A stretch of 64,000 nucleotides of DNA from Candidatus Woesearchaeota archaeon (GTDB taxonomy: Archaea > Nanobdellota > Nanobdellia > Woesearchaeales > JAHWIC01), in NCBI GenBank assembly GCA_019322485.1, contig JAHWIK010000015.1, positions 23,216 to 87,215 on the forward strand, written 5' to 3'. Below are positions 36,924 to 45,448 of this stretch, one piece after another. The position numbers were made by a program, and so were the translations under genes. Numbering within the stretch: the stretch's first letter is position 1; every line of letters begins with the position of its first letter. Under the pieces are notes generated by a model. That model had not been told where the DNA came from. It was given only the letters and a program-made list of their open reading frames with translations, and ran no database searches.

Positions 36924-38305
36924 GCTGGAAATTAATCACATTAAAACAGTATCCGATGTTCTCGAGATGGTGGATACATGAAGCGTTTCTCCACGATATG
37001 AAAGATACTTTAGGTATGAATTTTAAAATGTACAAATCGCTCTATAGCGGGACTTATGCTGATAGTGATGAGGTTGAAAAGTTAAGGTCTATGTTAATAT
37101 CTAAACTTGAAAAAGATATTGATTCAATTAGGAAATTATGTGAGAATTGGAAACATGATTGTGATGAGCTTATTAGATTTACAAAAGAATTAGAAAAATC
37201 GGACTTCTCAAAAAACTCTGATGAGGAATTAGTTAATTTATCAGAGAATTGCATTAAAAAATTAAGAAGAAGCGCTTCATATATTTATCTGTCAGTTGTT
37301 TTGGATGAATATTTTCAGAATTGGCTGAATAAAATACTTGAAGCTAAGGTTCAGGACCAGAATGAGAGGACAAAATACTTCCAAATTCTTACATCTCCAA
37401 CAAAAAATACTAAATTAATTGACGCTAAGAAGGTATTAATTGAGATTTCTAAAGTTGTTAAAGAGAAAGGTCTTGAGGGAGCAGAGGACTTAATCAAAGA
37501 TTATGTATCTAAATTTAAATGGCTTGGATATGATACTGGAATTGGAAGTGATTTAACTATAGAACAAACAAAGGATAAGATTTCTAATATTCTTGAGCAA
37601 AAACAGCACGACTCTGATGTTAAAAATAGGGATGAGGTCTTGTCTGAGTTGGATCTCAATGAAAAAGATAAAGAATTACTTGACTTGATGGACGAACTTA
37701 TTTTCCTAAGGACTTATAGGGCTGAAAGCAATATGGTTGCAGGAGCTGATATAAGGCCTATTCTTGAAGAACTTGCAAAAAGAGCCAATACAAATTATGA
37801 TAATCTAGTTCAATTAACCATTGATGAAATAAAAGACTCAATAAAGTCAAAAAAAGTAGACTTGAAGAAGATTGAGGAGAGAAAGAATAAGTATGGCTTG
37901 TTAATGGTCGATGGAAAGAATACAATCTACAGTGGAGATGAAGTGGATAAAGTAGAGGAAAAGGTTGAAGTTCCTGAAGGATTGACAGAGTTAAAAGGAT
38001 TAGTAGCACACCATGGAAATAAGAGGGGCCATGTTAAGATTGTTTTGAGGCATAAAGACTTTGATAAGATTGAATTTGGAGATATTTTGGTAACAAAGAT
38101 GACTAATCCTGATTTTATAGTTGTTTTAGAACAGTGTTCTGGAATAATTACAGACATTGGAGGGATAACCTCTCATGCAGCGATTGTTGCACGAGAACTA
38201 AACAAGCCATGCATTACAGGAACTCAATATGCTACAAAAGTCTTGAAAGATGGTGACTTAGTTGAGCTTGATACAGATAAAGGCATTGTAAAGATAATAA
38301 AATGA
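36920..38305 (+). CDS. PEP-utilising-enzyme mobile (phosphohistidine swivel) domain protein with a ~340-aa helical N-terminal region of unknown function
   Basis: C-terminal 'GIITDIGGITSHAAIVARELNKPCITGT' is the PpsA/PPDK/rifampin-phosphotransferase His-domain signature. There is no ATP-grasp or PEP-binding TIM-barrel domain. Start and stop overlap ispG and ispDF by 4 nt each. Confidence 0.6.
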   Translation: MSWKLITLKQYPMFSRWWIHEAFLHDMKDTLGMNFKMYKSLYSGTYADSDEVEKLRSMLISKLEKDIDSIRKLCENWKHDCDELIRFTKELEKSDFSKNSDEELVNLSENCIKKLRRSASYIYLSVVLDEYFQNWLNKILEAKVQDQNERTKYFQILTSPTKNTKLIDAKKVLIEISKVVKEKGLEGAEDLIKDYVSKFKWLGYDTGIGSDLTIEQTKDKISNILEQKQHDSDVKNRDEVLSELDLNEKDKELLDLMDELIFLRTYRAESNMVAGADIRPILEELAKRANTNYDNLVQLTIDEIKDSIKSKKVDLKKIEERKNKYGLLMVDGKNTIYSGDEVDKVEEKVEVPEGLTELKGLVAHHGNKRGHVKIVLRHKDFDKIEFGDILVTKMTNPDFIVVLEQCSGIITDIGGITSHAAIVARELNKPCITGTQYATKVLKDGDLVELDTDKGIVKIIK

Positions 38306-39453
38306 ACATAGCAATCATAACAGCAGCTGGAAAAGGAACAAGGATGAATGAAAAAGTCAATAAAATATTGTTATCTTTAGTCGATAAATCAATAATTGAA
38401 GAAACAATCGAGGTTTTTGAGGCGTGTAAAGATATTGATGAGATAATTATTGTTGGAAACAGCGATGATATTGAATCATTAAACAAAATCAATGAAAAAA
38501 ATAATTATAAAAAAATTAAAAAAATCATTGAAGGCGGAGAACAACGGCAGGATTCAGTGTTTAATGGAATAAAATCCATTGAAAATGCGAGTAATGATGA
38601 TATTTTATTGATTCATAATGGTGCAAACCCCCTTGTAGACGAGAAAACGATTCTTGAATGTATTAAAGAAGCAAAGGAGCATGGGGCAGCTGTTGCTGCA
38701 ATGCCTGCAAAAGATACAATAAAACAGGTTGAGAATGGTTTTGTTGCTAAAACATTGGATAGAAAGCAGCTCTGGCAGATGCAGACACCGCAAACAATCC
38801 AGTTTGGGCTTGCGAAAGAGGCTTTTGAAAAGGCATTTGCTGATAATTTCTATGGAACTGATGATGTTGGGCTTGTAGAAAGGCTTGGAAAAAAGGTTAA
38901 GATTGTTGAGTGCAATACTGAGAACGTAAAAATCACAACAAAGAATGATTTAGAACAAGCAAGACTCTTGCTTAATGCTTCTGTTGTTGGAATCGGACAG
39001 GATTCCCACAAATTTACCGACGAGAAAAAGGATTTAGTTTTGGGTGGTGTAGTAATTCCAAATGAGCAGGGCTTAGAAGCAAACTCTGATGGTGATGTCA
39101 TCCTGCATGCCTTGTTTAATGCTTTAAGCCAGGCAGCTGGAGAAAAATCATTGGGAAATTATGCAGATTCAATGTGTGAGAATGGAATAAAAGACAGCAG
39201 AGAGTATCTAAGAGTGATTTTAGACATAATCAACAAGAAAAATTACAAGATAAATAATGTTGGCTTTATGATAGAAGCAAAAAAGCCAAGGCTAGGGGCT
39301 AATGAAGACAGAATAAAAGAGAATATTGCAAATTTATTGGGAATAACTAAAGATAAAGTTGGAATAACAGCAACCTCAGGAGAGGAATTAACTCCATTTG
39401 GCCAGGGCAAGGCAATACAGGTATTTTCAGTTGCAAGCTTAACAAGAAAATAA
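38302..39453 (+). CDS. ispDF: bifunctional IspD/IspF (MEP cytidylyltransferase / MEcPP synthase)
   Basis: N-terminal 'MNIAIITAAGKGTRM' (IspD); C-terminal 'GIGQDSHKFTD' and 'SDGDVILHALFNALSQAAG' (IspF metal/CDP-binding motifs). Confidence 0.9.
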   Translation: MNIAIITAAGKGTRMNEKVNKILLSLVDKSIIEETIEVFEACKDIDEIIIVGNSDDIESLNKINEKNNYKKIKKIIEGGEQRQDSVFNGIKSIENASNDDILLIHNGANPLVDEKTILECIKEAKEHGAAVAAMPAKDTIKQVENGFVAKTLDRKQLWQMQTPQTIQFGLAKEAFEKAFADNFYGTDDVGLVERLGKKVKIVECNTENVKITTKNDLEQARLLLNASVVGIGQDSHKFTDEKKDLVLGGVVIPNEQGLEANSDGDVILHALFNALSQAAGEKSLGNYADSMCENGIKDSREYLRVILDIINKKNYKINNVGFMIEAKKPRLGANEDRIKENIANLLGITKDKVGITATSGEELTPFGQGKAIQVFSVASLTRK

Positions 39454-39474
39454 TGAAAATCAAAGATTTTCAGT

Positions 39475-40344
39475 ATGTCAAAAACCAAGGTTTTTAACAT
39501 GATCCAGCTAAAAGCACACGCAAAGATAAACCTGACCTTAGATGTACTTGCAAGGCTGGATGACGGCTATCATCGGATAGAATCTATAAAACAGCAGGTT
39601 GGTTTGCACGATAAAATCTCATTAGGGCCATTGGATGATATAAAGGTAATCTGCAGCCATCCTAACATAACCACAAAAGAAAATCTTGTCTTTAAAACAG
39701 CATTGTTGCTAAAAAATGAATTTAATGTAGCAGAGGGAGCGAAGATAACAATAGAAAAAAATATTCCATTAGCTGCTGGCTTGGCTGGAGGCTCATCAGA
39801 CGCAGCAGCAACCCTGGTAGGATTAAACAAGCTTTGGAAACTTGAGCTTGATGAGCAGGAACTGACAAAATTAGCTGCAGAGATTGGAATGGATGTTCCT
39901 TTTTCTGTTGTTGGCGGTTCTTGTTTTGCAGAGGGCAAAGGCACTAAACTAAGCAGGATAGAGCTGCCTGAGATGCATGTGCTGTTAATCAACCCTGGTT
40001 TTGAAGTCTCTACAAGAACAGCTTACCAAAGCCTTGACTTGTCAAGAACAGGAAAGGCAATGGCAACAAAGAAACTATTGGAAGTAAGGAACATGGGTGT
40101 GAGAGAAATATCAAAGGTCATGCATAATGACTTTGAAGCTGTGGTGCTGGGGAAGCATTCTATTCTGAAAGAGATAAAGGGCAAATTAATGGAGAATAAT
40201 GCCTTGAATGCAATAGTATCTGGCTCAGGGCCAACTGTTTTTGGCTTGTTTGAGGATGAATCAACTATAAGCAAGGCTTACGAATCTCTTAAAGAAACTT
40301 ATCCATTTGTATTCATGACAAAAACAGTAGCGAGGAAAGAATGA
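39475..40344 (+). CDS. ispE: 4-diphosphocytidyl-2-C-methyl-D-erythritol kinase (GHMP kinase)
   Basis: 'AHAKINLTLDV' and GHMP motif 'PLAAGLAGGSSDAAATLVGLNKLW'. Confidence 0.85.
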   Translation: MSKTKVFNMIQLKAHAKINLTLDVLARLDDGYHRIESIKQQVGLHDKISLGPLDDIKVICSHPNITTKENLVFKTALLLKNEFNVAEGAKITIEKNIPLAAGLAGGSSDAAATLVGLNKLWKLELDEQELTKLAAEIGMDVPFSVVGGSCFAEGKGTKLSRIELPEMHVLLINPGFEVSTRTAYQSLDLSRTGKAMATKKLLEVRNMGVREISKVMHNDFEAVVLGKHSILKEIKGKLMENNALNAIVSGSGPTVFGLFEDESTISKAYESLKETYPFVFMTKTVARKE

Positions 40345-41153
40345 GAATTAAAAAAGCAAAGCACTCTGGATTTTGTTTTGGTGTTAAGAGGGCAGTAGAG
40401 TCAGCGCTGGGCACAGAGGGGGAAGTAAAGACATTAGGCCCATTAATACATAATCCTCAGTTTATAGCAGAGCTTGAGAAAAAGGGAATAAAATCTGTTG
40501 ATTCTGTCGATGAGGTTGAAAAAGGCTCTTTGATAATAAGGGCGCATGGTGTCCCGGATTCTGTTATAGAAAAGGCCAGGGGAAAAGGGCTTAATGTAAC
40601 TGATTTAACATGTCCTTTTGTCAGGAAGGTGCATGATTATGCTAAGGAATTCTACAAACAAGGCTATAGTGTGGTTGTGGTTGGAGAGAAAAACCATCCT
40701 GAGGTTGTAGGAATAATTGGCAACATTGATGGTATTGTTGTGGGCAATGCAGATGATGCAAGGAAACTTGGCAGGTTCGAAAAGATTGGAGTGGTTGCAC
40801 AAACAACACAATCACTTGAGAACTTTAACAATGTTGTTGATGAGCTGAAAAAGCATACAGATGAGTTAAAGGTACATAATACCATATGCTCTGAAACAGA
40901 TTCAAGGCAGAAACACGCTATTGAGCTGGCAAAAGAGGTTGACTTGATGATAGTTATTGGGGGGAGAAACTCTGGAAATACCAGAAGGCTTGCCCAGCTT
41001 TGCTCTAAATTAACTGAAACAAAGCATATTGAGTCTGAGGATGAGTTAAAGGAGGGGTGGTTTGCAGGCAAGGGTTGTGTTGGGATAACAGCTGGCGCTT
41101 CAACACCGGACAGCACAATCAAGAAGATTGAGGATAGAATCAGGGAGATATGA
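40341..41153 (+). CDS. ispH: 4-hydroxy-3-methylbut-2-enyl diphosphate reductase (LytB/IspH)
   Basis: 'HSGFCFGVKRAVE', 'LTCPFVRKVH', 'ICSETDSRQ' and 'VIGGRNSGNTRRL' LytB motifs. Confidence 0.85.
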   Translation: MRIKKAKHSGFCFGVKRAVESALGTEGEVKTLGPLIHNPQFIAELEKKGIKSVDSVDEVEKGSLIIRAHGVPDSVIEKARGKGLNVTDLTCPFVRKVHDYAKEFYKQGYSVVVVGEKNHPEVVGIIGNIDGIVVGNADDARKLGRFEKIGVVAQTTQSLENFNNVVDELKKHTDELKVHNTICSETDSRQKHAIELAKEVDLMIVIGGRNSGNTRRLAQLCSKLTETKHIESEDELKEGWFAGKGCVGITAGASTPDSTIKKIEDRIREI

Positions 41154-41157
41154 GATT

Positions 41158-42246
41158 ATGGAATTCATACAAGCAGTAGGGCAATACAAGGGAATAGTCA
41201 ATAAGACTTTAAGCACGTTCTTTGATAATCATATCAATAAAACACAGGATGGCTTTCTAAAATTTAATTATTCTACACTTAGGGATTATGTTTTGCGGGA
41301 CGGCAAGAGATTAAGGCCAATCACACTGATAATGGCTTACAAGTCAATAACTGATAATGATGAGCAGAAGATTTACATGCCTTCTTTGAGTATGGAACTG
41401 TTCCATGCTTCCTCATTAATACATGATGATATAATGGATGAGGATGATTTAAGGAGGGGAAAAGAGAGCATGCATACCCTGTTTAACCAGTGGTTTGTTG
41501 ATAATCACGGCCAGGCAGGCTATAATGGGCCTATATTTAACCAGTTATCTACTAAGTTTGGGGTTTCTATGGCAATACTGCAGGGAAATATACTGATTGC
41601 TTTAGGTGAGTCCTGCTTGTCAGGCTCCTCATTTGCCCCGGAACAGATAAAGGCTGCTTTAATGGTGTGCAATAACACAAACAAGGTAGTTAATGAAGGC
41701 CAGATACAGGACATTGTTCTGGAGACAAAGAGGGAGTTTACTGAAAATGATTATTTGAGTATGATTGCTAAGAAAACAGGCAAATTATTCAGCACATCTC
41801 TTGAGATAGGTGCAGTATTTGCAGGTGCAACAGATTCTCAGAGAAAAGCGCTTGATAATTATGCATTATCTGCAGCAACAACATTCCAGATACAGGACGA
41901 TATAATGGACATAAGCCCTGATATGAAAAAGGGGCATGAGGTTGGCTCTGATATAAAGCAGGGAAAAAGAACCTTGCTTGTTATGAAGGCCCTGGAAAAA
42001 GGGGATGAAGGCCAAAAAAAGGTTTTGTTTGATGCTCTTGGCAATGAGAAAGCAACACCAGAAGAAATAGAGATTGCTATCGATGTTATGCACGCTACAG
42101 GGGCAGTTGATTATGCAAAGAATCTTGCAGCTGATATGATTAAGAAAGGAAAGGATGCGCTTAAGGAAGCAGACCCTGCTTTATCTTCTGATGGATTGAA
42201 GTTCTTTAATGATTTAGCAGATTATATGGTAAATAGAAATGTCTAG
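41158..42246 (+). CDS. idsA: trans-polyprenyl diphosphate synthase (probable GGPP synthase); start moved to the Met after the ispH stop
   Basis: FARM 'LIHDDIMDEDDLRRGKES' and SARM 'FQIQDDIMD'; last gene of the MEP cluster. Confidence 0.8.
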   Translation: MEFIQAVGQYKGIVNKTLSTFFDNHINKTQDGFLKFNYSTLRDYVLRDGKRLRPITLIMAYKSITDNDEQKIYMPSLSMELFHASSLIHDDIMDEDDLRRGKESMHTLFNQWFVDNHGQAGYNGPIFNQLSTKFGVSMAILQGNILIALGESCLSGSSFAPEQIKAALMVCNNTNKVVNEGQIQDIVLETKREFTENDYLSMIAKKTGKLFSTSLEIGAVFAGATDSQRKALDNYALSAATTFQIQDDIMDISPDMKKGHEVGSDIKQGKRTLLVMKALEKGDEGQKKVLFDALGNEKATPEEIEIAIDVMHATGAVDYAKNLAADMIKKGKDALKEADPALSSDGLKFFNDLADYMVNRNV

Positions 42247-42764
42247 GATTTGATTAGTTTCTCTAGCTTGTCCCAATTGTCTGCTGAGTTTTCTTCGCAG
42301 TTATAGGTTGCCAGCTTGACTCCTTGAGGTATGACCTTGACTTTGTATGCATGAGCTCCTTTAGAGTTTACTTTCTCATTTCTTATGCTTTTTTTAATCT
42401 CTTCAGAGCAGGCAAAGCCAATAACTCCTCTTGGCTTGTGTTTCTTTATAATCCTCTTCATGAAGTTAAGAGAAGGAACAACAAAGAATTTAGAGCCAAG
42501 GCCTTCGCTTAATTTTCTTATGTCCCCTATCTTACACAGTCCGCAGCTGATGCACTTAACCCCTTCTAATGAATCAAGCCTTGCAGGACATTTAGGATTT
42601 CTTAAGCAGTGAGGCAGAAAAACGGCTCTTTCATTCTTAGGTATTTTCCTGAAGTCTTCCTCATAATATTTGTTGATAGCATCTAGGATATCATGTTTTA
42701 TTCCTAATAGCTTTCTAAGTGGATATAACGATACTGTCAGGAAGAATTTCACTTTTTTATTCAT
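42243..42764 (-). CDS. Cys-rich protein, possibly DUF116-like (173 aa)
   Basis: Conserved cysteines 'LPHCLRNPKCPARL...CISCGLCKIG...GFAC'; convergent with the GGPP synthase gene. Confidence 0.3.
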   Translation of the reverse strand: MNKKVKFFLTVSLYPLRKLLGIKHDILDAINKYYEEDFRKIPKNERAVFLPHCLRNPKCPARLDSLEGVKCISCGLCKIGDIRKLSEGLGSKFFVVPSLNFMKRIIKKHKPRGVIGFACSEEIKKSIRNEKVNSKGAHAYKVKVIPQGVKLATYNCEENSADNWDKLEKLIKS

Positions 42765-42788
42765 TTTTTTGAATAAAAATAAAAAAAT

Positions 42789-43244
42789 TTATTCTAACAA
42801 CATTCTTGCTCTTGATGGATCATATTTCCACTCAGAGGATAATTTTCCAGTTCTCTTGTAGTACTTTACAAGCCTGTTTATCTTTGACGAGGTTAACAAC
42901 AAGCCTCTTTTTGCAGTTGAGTCTCTTGTGTTTGCCTCAAGATGCTTGTGTATCTTAACTGCCCTCCTTATGAGGCTTTGCAGGTCCTCAGGCATAGCTG
43001 GCAGAATTTTCTTTTCTTTTAGAATCTGCGTAATGTCCTTTTTTGTTAACAGCTTAACATTAGGAACACCGTAAGTATCTCTTAGTGAAATGCCTATCTG
43101 GGAAGGTGTTTTGCCTTCTTTTGCCAGCCTTACAATCAATAATTCTATTTCCTTTCCTTTGTACCTTGTCCATGTGGGTGTTGTTGTCTGTAATGGTTTT
43201 TTGCTTTTAGCTTTACCTTTCCTTCTTGAATACATTCTTGCCAT
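42789..43244 (-). CDS. rps15: 30S ribosomal protein S15P/S13e
   Basis: 151 aa; 'MARMYSRRKGKAKSKKP...' N-terminal extension and the C-terminal S15 fold motif 'RDSTAKRGLLLTSSKINRLVKYYK'. Confidence 0.85.
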   Translation of the reverse strand: MARMYSRRKGKAKSKKPLQTTTPTWTRYKGKEIELLIVRLAKEGKTPSQIGISLRDTYGVPNVKLLTKKDITQILKEKKILPAMPEDLQSLIRRAVKIHKHLEANTRDSTAKRGLLLTSSKINRLVKYYKRTGKLSSEWKYDPSRARMLLE

Positions 43245-43382
43245 AGTATCACCTTTAGTCTATTTTATTTGGAAACAAATGAGAATTCATTTTGTCTCCA
43301 GTATAAGCGAGCCATTATTGACCTGCTTATCTCTCGATATAATATAGGAATGATAATTGGTTTAAAAACCTTACTATATGAA

Positions 43383-43554
43383 GAAATAATCAATAGCCCC
43401 GGGCAGATTCGAACTGCCGTCCCCGGCTGTTTTCGATGGAAATCGCAAAACTGTTGGAAATCTTTGATTTCCACCACCAAAAGCAGGGATGATTTGTCGG
43501 AAATCGGAGATTTCTGAGCAAATTGAAAATCTCCGATTTTCAATTGACCACTAC
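43383..43554 (-). tRNA. tRNA-like gene (acceptor AGCCCCG/CGGGGCU-A, canonical D-loop start, canonical T-arm GGCAG-UUCGAAU-CUGCC) interrupted by ~100 nt of structured insert; isotype unresolved (5' end resembles archaeal tRNA-Gln)
   Basis: Hand reverse-complement gives a 7-bp acceptor stem, 'UAGUGUAGUGGUC' D-region and a perfect T-arm. The 99 nt in between contain long hairpins with recurring GAAAUC/GAUUUC motifs. A contiguous anticodon arm could not be placed. Confidence 0.4.
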
Positions 43555-43644
43555 ACTACGGGGCTCTAAAGCTAAGAAACTCCTCGCGAATATATAAAAG
43601 TTGTGATAAACTAAATCAAAAATTATTTATACCAGTGTTTTAGA

Positions 43645-44247
43645 TTGTTAGTCATGGCACTATTGACCAGTATGTTGGAGGCCTTGAATCAGATAGGGGC
43701 TTCTTTTACTCAGGATTATAGTTTGTGGTGGTATCTTGCACCTGTTTTTTTGCTGTGGACCCTATTGGAGCTTTATTTTGGCAAATATAAGAGGGAAAAG
43801 CTTGGTTGGAACACCTCTCTCGGTAATGGGATTACTTTAACCTGGATTAGTGTTGAGTCAATGCGTTTCCTGTTTGAAAAGCAGCCCTCAAATTTTTGGT
43901 TTAAATTTGGAATTATAATGGCAATATTGCTTTATGCAATGTTGATAGTTTATTTTGCATTCTCACATAAATTATCTGCTAAGGTCACTTATACCCTGGC
44001 AAGCCCTAGTCCGGTGTATTTTCTGAGCGCTGTTACGATTTTATGGGGCCATGGAGTTTTGATTGTGACCTGGTGGGTTCTGCTTGACCTGGTCATTATA
44101 TATATCCTCTTGGCGATTATTTTTTTAATTATCAAAAAGATTATGCCAGAGTCAACAAGGGATATGGAAGGAGAACAGCCTCCAGGGTTAGGGGGCATGG
44201 GTAAAGAGGATTTAGGTTTGAAAGATCTCAAAGATTTAAAGATCTAA
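43645..44247 (+). CDS. polytopic membrane protein (200 aa), unknown
   Basis: Four to five hydrophobic helices; acidic/Gly-rich C-terminus. Confidence 0.4.
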   Translation: MLVMALLTSMLEALNQIGASFTQDYSLWWYLAPVFLLWTLLELYFGKYKREKLGWNTSLGNGITLTWISVESMRFLFEKQPSNFWFKFGIIMAILLYAMLIVYFAFSHKLSAKVTYTLASPSPVYFLSAVTILWGHGVLIVTWWVLLDLVIIYILLAIIFLIIKKIMPESTRDMEGEQPPGLGGMGKEDLGLKDLKDLKI

Positions 44248-44255
44248 TTTTCAAC

Positions 44256-44558
44256 ATGAAAAAAATTATTTTATTTTGTTTGGTGCTTCTAGTAGTGCTA
44301 GCTGGCTGCAGGCCAAAGGAAAAGATAGTTATTGCAGACAAAACAGGAGCTATGACTAAATCTATGGGAGGGCCTTCCTTGAACTGCCAGGACAGTGACG
44401 GAGGAAATACTCCAGAAGTAAAGGGAACTGTTACAGTGACTGGAGCTGAGGAAACTGACTCCTGCCTTGGAGATTTCCTGGTAGAGTATTACTGCGAGAA
44501 TGGAAGGAAAACACATACGAATATAAGATGCGATTGTGAAGACGGCGCTTGTTCTTAG
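44256..44558 (+). CDS. small secreted lipoprotein-like Cys-containing protein (100 aa)
   Basis: 'MKKIILFCLVLLVVLAGC' lipobox-like signal; C-terminal 'CENGRKTHTNIRCDCEDGAC'. Confidence 0.35.
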   Translation: MKKIILFCLVLLVVLAGCRPKEKIVIADKTGAMTKSMGGPSLNCQDSDGGNTPEVKGTVTVTGAEETDSCLGDFLVEYYCENGRKTHTNIRCDCEDGACS

Positions 44559-45286
44559 CTGTAAAGCTTAAGTGATTCTTCTTCCATGAAATGCAGATTT
44601 CCCGGTATGATTAAACACTGAGGATATTTTTCAATCTTTAGATTCTTAATGTCTCTCAATTTAGCTGATTTGATAAAGGGAGCATCAGAGCCGAGCTGTG
44701 CGCAGGCAACAGCTAGTTTGTCACTCTCAACACCTTCTTTTATCAGATATTTAGCTGCATCACCTATAGTTAGGAACTTGTTGTTTTTGGGGTCTAAGTC
44801 TAATAGAAACAAAGTATGGAACCCAATTGACTGGTTGCTTTTCAATACACTAACTGGTGATTTAATATCTTTATTATTGAATGGAATGGAGGTTGTTTTT
44901 CCGAATTTATACAGCTCTAAACCAGTTATGCCAACAGCAGTCAGTATAGAGGCATTATGGATTATTTTTGTCTTAACTCCAGCTTTCTTTGCTCTCATAA
45001 GAATGTCAATATGTGTTGTCGCTCCAAACACATCGCCAATTATCAATAAAGCAGTTTCCTTGGTTTTTGCATCTTTGAGTATGGTTTCTTCAGCTTTTTT
45101 CTCTACTAGGTCTCTATCAGCCACTATAATCTTCTTTCCGTAGACTTTCTCTAGAGCTCCTACAGAACAATTAAGCTTAGATGTGTAGCTTTCCAAGTAA
45201 ACTGATTCACATTTCCTTACAGCTTCCAAGCCTTTAACACTGATATCTTTCTCATCATTAAGGCCGATTCCTATTAGGTATAACAT
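44555..45286 (-). CDS. dph5: diphthine synthase (tetrapyrrole-methylase-fold SAM methyltransferase)
   Basis: 'MLYLIGIGLNDEKDISVKGLEAVRKCESVYLESYTS' closely matches the Dph5 N-terminus; 243 aa. Confidence 0.8.
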   Translation of the reverse strand: MLYLIGIGLNDEKDISVKGLEAVRKCESVYLESYTSKLNCSVGALEKVYGKKIIVADRDLVEKKAEETILKDAKTKETALLIIGDVFGATTHIDILMRAKKAGVKTKIIHNASILTAVGITGLELYKFGKTTSIPFNNKDIKSPVSVLKSNQSIGFHTLFLLDLDPKNNKFLTIGDAAKYLIKEGVESDKLAVACAQLGSDAPFIKSAKLRDIKNLKIEKYPQCLIIPGNLHFMEEESLKLYS

Positions 45287-45448
45287 GGGAAAGGAAAATT
45301 AAGGCTGTTTTATAAACATTATTAAAAATAAAAAAAGAAAAAAAATCCCCGCTATGCGCAGGGGATTCAAGGCCTTCATCCTAAAACGCGTTGGGGGGTG
45401 GTTTAAAAGATGAAGGCAGAATTTCACCGAACTGGTGAATATGATGCC

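Noticed and set aside
33997-42246. Possibility that the MEP operon is bacterial contamination or a chimeric join
   Set aside because: Base composition looks uniform with the flanks. The operon is flanked on both sides within a few hundred bp by archaeal markers (parvulin and transglutaminase-like genes on one side, S15P/S13e and an archaeal-style intron tRNA on the other). Cannot be fully excluded without read-level data, so it is retained as a finding with that caveat.
43265-43543. ORFs 43265..43543 (-) and 43269..43517 (+) called in the rps15 downstream region
   Set aside because: They overlap the tRNA-like gene and its structured insert, with no coding periodicity. Interpreted as non-coding.
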